64,000 bases of DNA from Eledone cirrhosa (lineage: Eukaryota): NCBI GenBank assembly GCA_964016885.1, contig OZ024741.1:340132001-340196000 (forward strand), written 5' to 3'. Under the pieces are notes generated by a model. It did not search any database. It saw only the letters and a list, made by a program, of their open reading frames with translations, and was not told where the DNA came from. The position numbers and the translations under genes are program-made. Below are positions 1 to 11,689 of this stretch, in pieces. Each line of letters starts with the position of its first letter. Within the stretch, counting starts at the first letter, position 1.

Positions 1-532
1 ACAATTCTGTTGATTGGTTAATTATTTGTGTTTGTTTTATAACATCTAGTCGAGAGCTTATCGTGATGATTAGCGGAAATTAAAATATTTCCTTTGTCTA
101 ACATTTTGAATGACCCGCCAAAAACCGGGGGTTATTTCTCTTACTGGAATTAACACGTGACAGCTATAGATACGATACGCTGCATCTAGCAGCAACATTT
201 AGCCTATCACCCCTGTTCTGAGTAGAACGAAAAGCTGTTGAAAAACTGAATCCTCTGTTCGATCATGATACCACGAGCTTGCCAGTCACGTAAGTCTGAT
301 ATTTGATTTCGGATTCAAAGAAACACTTTAAACGAATAGTCGTTTGATTTGTCCAGGTGTATTTTTCTCAACCTGTTAGTTCTATCGTTACTTTGGTATA
401 TTATTGTGTTAGATTTTGCCTACCACAATTTTCGATTTGTCAAGCTATTTAAACGTATGCTAACTCATCATTTCATATAAATAGGCCGAATTTGCTTGCA
501 AACCGCCAGAGATTCGATTTTACTAAATTTCC

Positions 533-535
<3 letters not shown>

Positions 536-611
<76 letters not shown>
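536..611. repeat. (TA)n microsatellite (representative of many TA tracts in the window)
   Basis: Uninterrupted TA dinucleotide run. Confidence 0.98.
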
Positions 612-613
<2 letters not shown>

Positions 614-902
614 AAGCTCAAATGTATGTAGATAATTCTATATGATAGTATATAATTACCAAGTAGTTTCAGAATTAACTCAGTGTTTTTATATTATTGG
701 TCTGATGAAAAGGTAGATATTTTAGGTAGAAAAAGTTGGAAAGAGCAAAAATAATCAAATATATAGATAGAAAAATAGTTTTTAAATCATGTTTCAAGAG
801 AGTTATACATCGAATTATTGGATGAATGTTAAGTTTAATTCGTATAATCAAAATCTATACATACAAAACGATATACAAATGTAATTTGCTATATCATTAT
901 AT

Positions 903-1160
903 AGAGAGTCCCTCCAGGTAGAGCCGCTTCTTCTCCAAATTGAGAGATCATAGCTCCGCTACTATGGGTATGTGGTTAGAATGTCTCAGGAAAGAATCGG
1001 TGGGCAGATTTTACGGGCAAAACCAACCGGCAAGCGACCCAGGGGTAGACTCCGAGCAAGACGGTTGGATAACATCCATGAGCTTGGTTGGTCACGCTTG
1101 GAGATCCAGCCGAATCAGTTGGAGACGGTTGCTTCTGACAGGACCTACTTGGAGGAGGAG
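903..1160 (+). mobile_element. RTE-clade LINE 3' fragment (Expander/Rex3-like)
   Basis: Translates RESLQVEPLLLQIERS*LRYYGYVVRMSQERI...GKRPRGRLRARRLDNI, typical of the RTE C-terminus; homologous copies at 13240-13795 and 40252-40805. Confidence 0.8.
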
Positions 1161-1422
1161 AAGAAGGCTTTAGAGTTAATTCCCCTATCTATGGCATGGT
1201 TTATGAACAAAATAGATTATGTATTTATGCATATGCACACAGACATAAAACACAATTTGTAATACAAGGGAGATAACTCTTAGAGCAAACAGCTAAAACA
1301 TTGTAGGAGTAAACTTCTTTTTTAAAGTTAATTGGCATAATTTATGAACAAATTAGGTTTTGTATTCACACATGCACGCGCGTGCGCGCACGGGCACAGA
1401 CACAGACACAGACACAGACACA

Positions 1423-1460
<38 letters not shown>

Positions 1461-1479
1461 CACACACACACACTCACAA

Positions 1480-2700
1480 GAACGACCTATCCAGCTCCGG
1501 TTGGGATTTAAGTTTTGATGTGTTGCAGTAACTCATGCGGCCAGACACTTCAAAGAGTATACCTGTCCTTCGTCACCTCACCTCCTCGTGAAGCTAGACA
1601 TGCGTAACACCTTCAAAAGCTTTAGGCGGGATTACGTTTTAGAGACCTGTATAAGACGCGCTCAGTTGCTGCACTCTCTCACATCTCACTTATGGGACAC
1701 CCAGCACACTCAAGGCTGCTGGCAAGCAAATCACCTCTGCCACGGGTATCCAGCAAGGAAAGACCGCTCCTTTTCGCGCTTGATGTTGATGACATCGCAT
1801 ACTCAGTCCATTCTTTGGTACTTAGAAGACCCGGCTCTGGGAAGCTCGGCTAAAACTGTCGTATATCTTGACGTATCCTCATCATAGTGTGATCTACAAC
1901 TCAACTGAACCTACTGTGAACACGCGGTGGCCTACGCGGCATGGAACAAGCTTAGCTTTCCCTCTACGAACGTCCATCCTTCTCTCCCCATCGTAGAGAT
2001 CTAGTCCCTTCAAATCAAATGGGCCACAATTCAATGCAGCATGACATTAAATAGGCTGCTGCATCGGCTCATTCAGCTCTGTCTGGCATGATTTCGCTCG
2101 GCCTGCCAACCCCATAGTGGTGCCTGGCTGAACGCAGTACTATCTCTTGCGACTGGCACACAGCTAGACAGTGACTGTTGGCGCATCGGTTTTTCGCAGA
2201 CTCAAAGCCTCCGGTTCTGTGATCTCCACAAATGTTGTTGCGGTTCCATTGTGAAATGTTTCGGTCTCCAGCCACTGTCATGGTACCAGTCAACTCGAGC
2301 CAACGGGCTGGACTGAGGGCACGGCTATGGCCAGATGGCTAGACAATCTTCTTTTTCCATGAGTGTAGGCCTCTCATCTGATATACCGCATAATTTGACA
2401 CCTTTTCTAGCGGCAACCTGATGCGTTCGGCAACCAGCCACGACTTCGGTGTCCACCAGGCCGATTAGGGCAAACTCTCATATAAGCAGCTCTCTGACAG
2501 GCTTGTGGTTGAGCCTGTCGCAGTGGTGACTTACGGTGTTCTTGGCCCCCAGACCACATACCTTCTCACTACTATCGGAGCGGAGTTAGCTGGCCCACAG
2601 ATGCGAGCTCCGCAAGGTTGTTTGGCTGTTCCAGCATGTCTCTCTCGGCGTCCTCCGGAGAAATATATTCTCTATTAAGGCGGCTGGAAACACGCGGCGG
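1480..2700 (+). mobile_element. Highly decayed CRE-clade non-LTR retrotransposon (RT remnant plus restriction-like endonuclease remnant)
   Basis: LVKLDMRNTF resembles RT motif LDxxNAF; 2295-2660 aligns by eye with the intact RLE fragment at 10059-10500. Confidence 0.65.
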
Positions 2701-2772
2701 GCAGCATATTAGGATATGAGTAGAGTAGCTGTCTTCAGATGAAAGGGTTAATAATGCTAAAACACACACACA

Positions 2773-2835
<63 letters not shown>

Positions 2836-3410
2836 GCACAATACTAACCAAATCTCTAAGAAAAGGTATATAACTACTAATCAATGAAGCATAAATTAAT
2901 CAGTTATTGCTCTACAGTCTTAACACTAACATCTATATAGATATTAAAAATACCTAGCACTAAATATTGACTGTAAACATCCGGTTTGATGAAAGCAGAT
3001 AGCAACAGGCAAGGGCAAGTGAACGATCGATAAACTAACGCTACAACGAACACGGCCTCAATCTCGGCAAATTTATTGTGCTACCTGCCGACAATGTAAA
3101 GAATATTACATTGGAGAAACGGGACCAGGTCTAAATGACAGAGAAAGGTTTTATAAACAACAAATTAAAGACCCTTCGGTCACAAACGCTCCTTGCAGCG
3201 AACATTTTGCAACTTTCAGAAAGGGAAAAATTCACGATTTTTCCTTTCTTTAAGATGGCTAAAATTGGACACAAAAATGATATCTCATCTCCCGGATATA
3301 TCTCATCTCCCGGATATAGTGATTTCAACGTCCCATTTATAATCCAGAGAACCAAGACTTAGTGGAGGACACTCAAACATTCGATCTTTCAAATTGAAGT
3401 ACCCTACACA

Positions 3411-3720
3411 ATATTGTTTGCGTGACTCGATTTAAAGTAATAAATCAAAAAAAAGAACAAACCTATAAGGTTGTTGCCCAATATAGGTTTGTTATTTTTA
3501 TTGATTTATTACTTTGAATCGAGTCAGGCAAACCATATTGTTTTAAATTAGTATTTTTTCAACCTAGCTAACTTGGTCATTTTCAATTGGAACACATGTA
3601 TAGTTACATCTGTGTTCATCTCTCTCATATATCCAATTATATTACACGGCTCGGAAAGATTCCCTTCTTTGAGCTATTTAATTGTAAAAGACTATTTTGA
3701 GTTTCTAAGTCAATCTATGA
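3411..3720 (+). mobile_element. Truncated copy of the 492/516-bp HHR-monomer family with a 5' fold-back
   Basis: Shares ctagctaacttggtcatt and cacggctcggaaa...gagctatttaattgtaaaagact with 7850-7990; imperfect inverted repeat 3411-3467 vs 3483-3538; ends in (TA)n. Confidence 0.75.
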
Positions 3721-3728
3721 TATATATA

Positions 3729-4312
3729 TCACTGATGAAGGACTAATTTTATTCATGTGTAACCCATGTGCAACCACGCAGCACTCCATTTTTTCTTTAG
3801 ATTTATATTTTTTCCTCAGCTGCGATTGTCTGTTTCTTTCTTACTGTTTCCCCTCTCTCTGTATCTCTCACCTTCTTTTTACCCCATCTGCCAGTCACAC
3901 TCTCTCTCAGCTGGCCTCTTCCTCACACTTCCACTCATTCACTCTCTGCTTCTCCCCCTCTCTCACTTCCTCCCGTTTGACCTGTGTGAAATCCTTTTCT
4001 CGCTCACATCTCACCCATGTCGGATAGTCTGTATCTCTCGTCCATGATTTCACCAAGCTTAAGCTTATAGATATCATGTAATTGTCTCTTCCTATCTTTC
4101 CGTTGCAATACCATCTTTGTTTGTTTACATGTCTCGATCGCTTCACGCTATTTTACTTGTCCCAATAACTTTATTTAGTTATTGCTCGCACCAACCAAAG
4201 GTATATGATTTTTAAAGCGATGAAATACCAATGAAGGTTGGAAGATCACTGATGAAGGACTAATTTTATTCATATGTAACCCATCTGCAACCACGCAGTA
4301 TTCCATTTTTTT

Positions 4313-4388
<76 letters not shown>

Positions 4389-4412
4389 AAAAAATGAAGT
4401 GGTGCGTGGTTG
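3729..4412 (+). mobile_element. Non-coding element with 517-bp-spaced direct repeats and a short inverted end copy (pLTR-like)
   Basis: tcactgatgaaggactaattt...caaccacgcag...ccattttttctt at ~3729-3797 and ~4246-4315; inverted end at 4386-4412 after a TA tract. Confidence 0.6.
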
Positions 4413-4501
4413 TATGTATATACACACACATGCATCCATATATATATATATGGATGCATGTGTATGTATATACATATATGTATATAGATATATATATGTG
4501 T

Positions 4502-4557
<56 letters not shown>

Positions 4558-4593
4558 GTATGTATATATATATATGTATGTATGTATATTATG

Positions 4594-5120
4594 TCAGGTC
4601 GCTCTTCAGCGCTTCTGGTAAAATATAACCCAATACAACCTGTGCATGGTCGGGTCGTCCGCGACTAAACTGGCAACCCAACAAGCTCTCTAGGTGAGGA
4701 GGGTGATATTGGACACCCTGCGGGATGCAAAACAAGACCCGTCAAAGGGCGAAGAAACTCAGGAGAGTCAACGGCCATCCAATAAAGTTTTTTTTTTTTT
4801 CTTTTAGCACGAGCCTCTTAGTCTTCAATAAGACATCTCTCTAGGAGAAGGTCCCTGATATAAAACCTGCGACTTTGTTTGCATCCAATGATGTAACCAA
4901 TTCTTCATCCGGTGTTCAGAGAGTGGAATTAGCCTCATGCAAAGCCTTTGCTGACTTAGAAAAGCTTCAAGCACAGGCTTCGCTTGATATGCGACATTTT
5001 TTGCGATGCCTGTTGTTGCTGGCTATAGGCAAGTCCCCAGCAGGACTAAAAAGCCACGCCTATGATGCTCATGCTTAAGTATCAAGCGATGGCATTACTC
5101 GAAATCGGGTTGCAGCCATT
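4594..5120 (+). mobile_element. Non-autonomous RTE-related/SINE-like element (~520 bp)
   Basis: Head tcaggtcgctc...gtcaacggccatccaa recurs at 55282-55466(-) and 56675-56866(-); tail ends gcagccat like 56375(-). Confidence 0.6.
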
Positions 5121-5270
5121 ATAAATATATATATTGTTATACTTTGGGAGGGTTATGTTGCCAATAAGAAACACACGCACCAGTTGCTTTCACTTTAATT
5201 TATTATAAATTAAATTTATAAATTTCCGGTTGGTTGGTTGGTTCCACAACCAGACGATTGTTCATATATT

Positions 5271-5313
5271 GTCAAAGTTCTTTCGTCACACATTCTGTGA
5301 CCTCTTCAGTGAC
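5271..5313 (-). ncRNA. Minimal type-I hammerhead ribozyme (mirror copy)
   Basis: Minus strand: gtca-CTGAAGA-ggtcacagaatgtgtgac-GAAA-gaac-TT-tgac. Confidence 0.7.
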
Positions 5314-5435
5314 TGGAGATTCTTTTCTTTGTTTTTGTGCCTCTCCTTTGTTCTGTCCTACACCGTATTGTTTTTTGAAAAAACAAGACGGCGTAGGACA
5401 AAGGAGAGGCACAAAAACAAAGAAAAGAATCTCCA

Positions 5436-5478
5436 GTCACTGAAGAGGTCACAGAATGTGTGACGAAAGAACTTTGAC
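5436..5478 (+). ncRNA. Minimal type-I hammerhead ribozyme
   Basis: gtca-CTGAAGA-ggtcacagaatgtgtgac-GAAA-gaac-TT-tgac; stems I and II pair. Confidence 0.7.
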
Positions 5479-5724
5479 AATATATGAACAATCGTCTGGT
5501 TGTGGAACCAACCAACCAACCGGAAATTTATAAATTCCTAAATTTAATATATAATAAATTGAAGTGAAAGCAACTGGTGCGTGTGTTTCATATTGGCAAC
5601 ATGACACTCCCAAAGTATAACAATATCGGTTTCAACACACGTTTTCAGGTAAAGAATCTTGCTAAACAAATTCAGAAACGAAATATATATATATAGTTAT
5701 GTAATAAACAACATAAGATAATTA

Positions 5725-5784
5725 TTTCATTTACCAGTGGTTTCTTGAAAGCAAACAAATTTGCTTTCATTCATCAGAATGAAA
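5725..5784 (-). ncRNA. Type-I hammerhead ribozyme in a pLTR-like repeat (5695-5900)
   Basis: tttcatt-CTGATGA-atgaaagcaaatttgtttgctttcaa-GAAA-ccactgg-TA-aatgaaa; 7-bp stem I, GUA site. Confidence 0.88.
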
Positions 5785-5924
5785 AAATCCTGGTGTATTT
5801 ATTGAAAGTGGATTTGCAAAAGAAAAAATATAATAAATATGAAAGTGAGGCTGGAGGAAGAAGAAGAAAAGGAGAAAAAGAATAATAAATATAAAGGTAT
5901 ATAAACACACACGCACACACACAC

Positions 5925-5964
<40 letters not shown>

Positions 5965-5986
5965 ATACATACACATAAATACACAA

Positions 5987-6029
<43 letters not shown>

Positions 6030-6350
6030 TATATACATATACATATGTATATACACACACATACATACACACATATACACACATACATACGCACACACAT
6101 ATAAGATATATATACCTACATACGCAATCACATACAAATAAAAATATAAAAATAAAAATAAGAATTAAGGAAATAAAAATTATTATTGAGTTGACAGCGA
6201 TACAGAGGAGGAGAAAGGCACACATAAAAAAATAAATTAAATAAATAAATAAACAAACACACGTGGTAAGCAAATGCACAAGATAAAATAAATATATATA
6301 TATATATATACGATATTAACAAATGGAAACTATATTTATAAAACCATATT

Positions 6351-6415
6351 TATTTCATTATACATATTTCAAGGACACCAAGTTAAATTATGGTGTGCTT
6401 TCATCAGATAAAATA
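6351..6415 (-). ncRNA. Type-I hammerhead ribozyme (mirror copy)
   Basis: Reverse complement of 6563-6627. Confidence 0.82.
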
Positions 6416-6562
6416 TAATATAGAGCAGTTTTATAAATAAATATTGACATACCCTTAAAGAATGCAACCATTACTGTTGGAAGCTATCCGGGAGCTTCCA
6501 ACAGTAATGGTTGCGTTCTTTAAGGGTATGTCAATATTTATTTATAAAACTGCTCTATATTA

Positions 6563-6627
6563 TATTTTATCTGATGAAAGCACACCATAATTTAACTTGG
6601 TGTCCTTGAAATATGTATAATGAAATA
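6563..6627 (+). ncRNA. Type-I hammerhead ribozyme
   Basis: tattttat-CTGATGA-aagcacaccataatttaacttggtgtcctt-GAAA-tatgta-TA-atgaaata. Confidence 0.85.
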
Positions 6628-6943
6628 AATATGGTTTTATAAATATAGTTTCCATTTGTTAATATCGTATTTTTACTCCAATTATTTGTTGAGTGCTTTA
6701 TATCAGTTATAAAAATATTTGCTTGTTGTATCCCAAAAATTTAAATTGAACTTCCACATATATATATATATATATATATATACAAATGAATATATGATAA
6801 ACACTAATACAAGTATATAAGTGTTTGTATTGCAAATGACCAAGTTAGCTAGATTGAAAAATACTAATTAAATTAATACAGTTTGCCTGTCTCGATTTAA
6901 AATAATAAATCAATAAAAACAAACCCATATTGGTAATAGCCGT

Positions 6944-7031
6944 GATACCTGGACAAATTTAAATTTCAAAACTCAAATCTGTTTCGCAACAATAAGTGAA
7001 AATTCCATTTCTCTGCTCAGCTGCAGGTATC
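6944..7031 (-). ncRNA. Hammerhead-fold RNA with variant core CAGCUGA
   Basis: gatacctg-CAGCTGA-gcagag...tgttgc-GAAA-cagatttgag...tttaaatttg-TC-caggtatc. Confidence 0.75.
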
Positions 7032-7670
7032 CAGAAATTGGTATGTTTCACTTCAAAATACTTAGGAAGACTGAGAGAAATGTGTTGTTGAACGCACATG
7101 TTTCCCAGCGTCTAGCCCGTCCTATACTCGTGCCGCCAGAAATAGCAGCCGGTTTTATGGGACTAAAAAATTTAGCTCAACACATGGAGCCGAGAATACT
7201 ATATATAAAGTTATAAACTCAAACAGTCTTTTACAATTAAATAGCTCAAAGAAATATTTCCGAGCCGTGAAATACAAATGAATATATGATAAACACTAAT
7301 ACAAGTATATAAGTGTTTGTATTGCAAATGACCAAGTTAGCTAGATTGAAAAATACTAATTAAATTAATACAGTTTGCCTGTCTCGATTTAAAATAATAA
7401 ATCAATAAAAACAAACCCATATTGGCAATAGCCGTGATACCTGGACAAATTTAAATTTCAAAACACAAATCTGTTTCGCAACAATAAGTGTTGAGCTAAA
7501 TTTTTTTCGCAACAATATGTGTTGAGCTAAATTTTTTAGTCCCATAGAACCGGCTGCTATTTCTGGCGGCACGAGTATAGGACTGGCTAGACGGTGGGAA
7601 ACATGTGCGTTCAACAACAGATTTCTCTCAGTCTTCCTAAGTATTTTGAAGTGAAACATACCAATTTCTG

Positions 7671-7758
7671 GATACCTGCAGCTGAGCACAGAAATGGAAT
7701 TTTCACTTATTGTTGCGAAACAGATTTGAGTTTTGAAATTTAAATTTGTCCAGGTATC
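7671..7758 (+). ncRNA. Hammerhead-fold RNA with variant core CAGCUGA
   Basis: Perfect 8-bp stem I gatacctg/caggtatc, GAAA at 7717, long stem III, GUC site at 7748-7750. Confidence 0.75.
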
Positions 7759-7994
7759 ACGGCTATTGCCAATATGGGTTTATTTTTATTGATTTATTAT
7801 TTTAAATCGAGACAGGCAAACTGTATTAATTTAATTAGTATTTTTCAATCTAGCTAACTTGGTCATTTGCAATACAAACACTTATATACTTGTATTAGTG
7901 TTTATCATATATTCATTTGTATTTCACGGCTCGGAAATATTTCTTTGAGCTATTTAATTGTAAAAGACTGTTTGAGTTTATAACTCTATATATA

Positions 7995-8039
<45 letters not shown>

Positions 8040-8233
8040 CTTATATATAAAAAACATATATATAAAGATATACAAACGTACACACATACGCATAAGTACG
8101 TACACATACATACGCACGCACATACATATATATATATATATATGTATATATACACATATACACACATACACACAACCACATATATATATATATATATATA
8201 TTTAAAAGAATAGAGGTGTAACACACAAGTTAT

Positions 8234-8489
8234 GATATATTGGTAAACGGAAAAGAAAATGCTGACAAATTGTTCACAGTGAAAACAGTTTAATTAGGAA
8301 TAAGTAATAGTATTGGTTAGTATTCAGTTTTGGTTTTAAGTTTTACCGGTTGCGCATTTCTAATGCTTTTCAAAAATAATTTTGAGATAGAGCGCCCGTG
8401 ATGTTTGCTCTAATCTGATTAGTTTTGGAAATTCTATTTTTCACTGTGAACAATTTGTCAGCATTTTCTTTTCCGTTTACCAATATATA
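8234..8489. repeat. Short element with ~50-bp terminal inverted repeats (fold-back pLTR remnant)
   Basis: tggtaaacggaaaagaaaatgctgacaaattgttcacagtgaaaa at 8241-8285, reverse complement at 8438-8482. Confidence 0.7.
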
Positions 8490-8676
8490 TATATATATAT
8501 ATACATATATACATGCATACACATACAATATATATACACATACACAGAAAAATACACACACATATAATTATATACAGTACAAACATATACACAGAAAAGT
8601 GTATACATACAAATACATATACACGCACACATAAATACATACATTTATATATATACATATACATATATATGTATAT

Positions 8677-8759
<83 letters not shown>

Positions 8760-9084
8760 CATATACATACACACAGATATATATTAAAAAAACATACACA
8801 CACATATACACACATATACCATTCACATTCATACACATTGATACGCATGCATATACTCACAATCACACGAATAAGAACATATATATAAATGTAGGTGAAT
8901 ATACACATATCGAAAAACATATAAATACATTCACGTACACAATTGCATGAGAAAAAATACATACAACCATATACACACATATATATAAGAAAATTAGTTA
9001 TATATAAAAAACATATATATAAAGATATACAAACGTACACACATACGCATAAGTACGTACACATACATACGCACGCACATACAT

Positions 9085-9386
9085 ACGTAAATATACTTAG
9101 GCTGTATTTGTCCTTTATAACTAATATTTTCTCTCACTTAAAAATATATTCCCTTCCCAGCTCGAGCCGGTGGGGCTGGATCGAGGGGACGGCAAAAGGC
9201 CAGATGGCATGACCATCTTCCCGTTCCGCGGTGGCAAACCCCTCGTCTGGGATGCCACTTGCACCGACACTTTCTGCAGTCGCAACCTGGTGCAGTCTGC
9301 GACTGACCCAGGTTCTGCTGCACGTCGGGCTGAGGGGGCGAAACTCCTCAAATACCGGTCGCTCTCCGACAGGTTTTCGGTCGTTC
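9085..9386 (+). repeat. 302-bp inverted duplicate of 10268-10569 (AT-rich flank plus 5' part of the CRE endonuclease fragment)
   Basis: Identical translation [12 protein letters not shown]...DRFSVV; the ends map symmetrically. Confidence 0.9.
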
Positions 9387-9427
9387 GTGTGTGTGTGTGT
9401 ATATGTATGTATATATATATATATATG

Positions 9428-9517
<90 letters not shown>

Positions 9518-9632
9518 CATATATATATATATATACATACATATACACACACACACATATATATATATATAGATATATATATATATATATATATAATATA
9601 ACAAATGGAAACTATATTTATAAAACCATATT

Positions 9633-9688
9633 TATTTTATTATACATATTTCAAGGCAAATTATGGTGCGCTTTCATCAGATAAAATA
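9633..9688 (-). ncRNA. Type-I hammerhead ribozyme (shortened stem II)
   Basis: tattttat-CTGATGA-aagcgcaccataatttgcctt-GAAA-tatgta-TA-ataaaata. Confidence 0.75.
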
Positions 9689-10058
9689 CAATACAGATTT
9701 GTTTTATAAATAAATATTGACATACCCTGAAAAAAGACAACCTTAACGGTTGGAGCTTCCTGGATAGTGGAGATATATTTATTGAGGGTGATAGAAAATT
9801 ATGATTGAGTATGCAAATGAGTGTCCGAAAGGTTGAAAAGATAACTGTTTATTTAAATTAAACTGTTGGAAGAAGGTGATATTTGAGGGAGAGAGAAAAA
9901 AATAGAAAGAAAAAAGAAGGAGCGATTATATATATTCTTTTGACAGTGAAAATAGTGTGAAGAGAAGAACGTAATTACACGCAAAGACAAAACCACGTTT
10001 ATGGTATAAAAGAAGTCGAGACAATATAATTCATTTGTGATGAAAGAATGGTATTTAA

Positions 10059-10500
10059 CTAATGTATTGGTACGCGATGGGGCCCACCCACAGCCCCGGC
10101 GGACAGAATGGAGAAGGCGTTTCCCCGGAGGACGGCAAGGGAGACGCGCTGGAAAAGCCACTCCAACTCGCGGGGCTCACACCTGCGGCTGGCCAGCTCA
10201 GCGCCTATGGTGGTGAGTAAGGAGGTATCCCTGGGGCCGAGGACACCAGAAGTTTCCACTGCCACGGGAACGACCGAAAACCTGTCGGAGAGCGACCGGT
10301 ATTTGAGGAGTTTCGCCCCCTCAGCCCGACGTGCAGCAGAACCTGGGTCAGTCGCAGACTGCACCAGGTTGCGACTGCAGAAAGTGTCGGTGCAAGTGGC
10401 ATCCCAGACGAGGGGTTTGCCACCGCGGAACGGGAAGATGGTCATGCCATCTGGCCTTTTGCCGTCCCCTCGATCCAGCCCCACCGGCTCGAGCTGGGAA
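10059..10500 (-). mobile_element. CRE-clade non-LTR retrotransposon 3' fragment encoding an open restriction-like endonuclease domain
   Basis: [18 protein letters not shown]...[10 protein letters not shown]...KYRSL...VPVAVETSGVLG...FQRVSLAVLRGNA, the PD..D RLE signature. Confidence 0.8.
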
Positions 10501-11003
10501 GGGAATATATTTTTAAGTGAGAGAAAATATTAGTTATAAAGGACAAATACAGCCTAAGTATATTTACGTGAGAGGAAAAAGAAGAAATAAAGAAGAAATG
10601 AGGATAGCGTGGAGGAATAATATTTATAATGCAGGATTCGTTATGTTTTGATTATAATATTTATAATGATAGGTTGAAAAAATTAGCTTAAAGATTTAAT
10701 TTAATAATTTAATAATTAGTTTAAATGTGTATGTTAAGGATTATAAATTATTAAAAAATATATATTATTTTACATTAGAGCAAATCTAGTATAGTTTATT
10801 TTATTAAAAGTTGTAAGTCCAAAATATGGTTTTATAAATATAGATTATTTCATTTGTTAATATATTGTATATTTACTCCACATCTGTTGAGTGCTTTATA
10901 TCAGTTATAAAAATGTTTAAGCTTGTTGAATCCCAACAAATTAAATATAACCTCTGCATATATATAAATATATAGTTATGTAATAAACAACATAAGATAA
11001 TTA

Positions 11004-11064
11004 TTTCAATTACCAGTGGTTTCTTGAAAGCAAACAAAATTTGCTTTCAGTCATCAGAATGAAA
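11004..11064 (-). ncRNA. Type-I hammerhead ribozyme, second copy of the 5725 family (repeat 10975-11180)
   Basis: tttcatt-CTGATGA-ctgaaagcaaattttgtttgctttcaa-GAAA-ccactgg-TA-attgaaa. Confidence 0.8.
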
Positions 11065-11226
11065 AAATCCTGGTGTATTTATTGACAGTGGATTTTGAAA
11101 ACAAAAATATAATCTATATGAAAGTGAGGCTGGAAAAGGAAGAAGGAAAGGAAAAAGAATAAATATAAAAGTAGATAAACACACATGCACACACACACAC
11201 ACATATATACATACACACATATATAC

Positions 11227-11259
<33 letters not shown>

Positions 11260-11285
11260 CATACATATACACATATATACACATA

Positions 11286-11316
<31 letters not shown>

Positions 11317-11392
11317 ACATATTCAGAAACTAATTAGTTGGAGTGAAATCTTAGTAAGTAAGTTAATTTTTATAATTTTCTCATTTTACGTC

Positions 11393-11452
<60 letters not shown>

Positions 11453-11573
11453 TATAAACGTTTGAATATGTATAATAAAGCCCAAACAATGCAGGTGTGG
11501 ACATAGAAAAAGAATGCAATTGCAAAAGGTATTGTTGACAATTCGTCTTTTACCTTAGATTTATTTTAAACGT

Positions 11574-11608
11574 CCTTAATTTTCGAGATAATATCTCTTC
11601 TTCAGAGG
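11574..11608 (-). ncRNA. Ultra-minimal hammerhead ribozyme
   Basis: cct-CTGAAGA-agagatattatctc-GAAA-at-TA-agg. Confidence 0.65.
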
Positions 11609-11653
11609 GAAATAAAGGTCTCAAACCAGCGTTCTAAATATCTACCTCCCCCC

Positions 11654-11689
<36 letters not shown>

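Larger units (their letters stand above)
5131..5683 (+). mobile_element. Penelope pLTR fold-back (inverted pLTR plus pLTR with 3' extension)
   Basis: Near-palindrome centred ~5377 (arms 5131-5376 and 5378-5626) plus ~57-bp tail; same family as the pLTR 46327-46590 attached to the GIY-YIG ORF. Confidence 0.85.
6309..6758 (+). mobile_element. Fold-back pLTR-like element: 177-bp inverted arms plus 3' extension
   Basis: Arms 6309-6485 and 6493-6669, 7-nt spacer, one mismatch seen; tail to 6758; TA tracts on both sides. Confidence 0.9.
6781..7998. mobile_element. Non-coding HHR monomer array (492-bp period): minus-strand partial tandem 6781-7490 plus inverted copy 7517-7998
   Basis: tacaaatgaatatatg at 6781 and 7273; reverse complement at ~7907-7922; flanked by (TA)n. 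Confidence 0.85.
9596..10958 (-). mobile_element. pLTR/HHR element of the 6309 family (minus body plus forward 3' end 10822-10958) carrying a CRE fragment
   Basis: 9596-9770 resembles 6315-6490; 10822-10958 resembles 6627-6758. Confidence 0.7.

Noticed and set aside
695-745. CTGATGA at 702 as a hammerhead
   Set aside because: No pairing stems I or II and no suitably placed GAAA-stem III.
3135-3362. 75-aa ORF with an 18-bp tandem duplication
   Set aside because: No recognisable motifs; likely a chance ORF.
8340-8400. Possible minus-strand minimal HHR (ttgaaaagcattagaaatgcgcaaccggta)
   Set aside because: Both core boxes are mutated; too degenerate to call.
4175-11320. Many YIYI/THTH/CVCV ORFs
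   Set aside because: Translations of (TA)n and (CA)n microsatellites, not genes.
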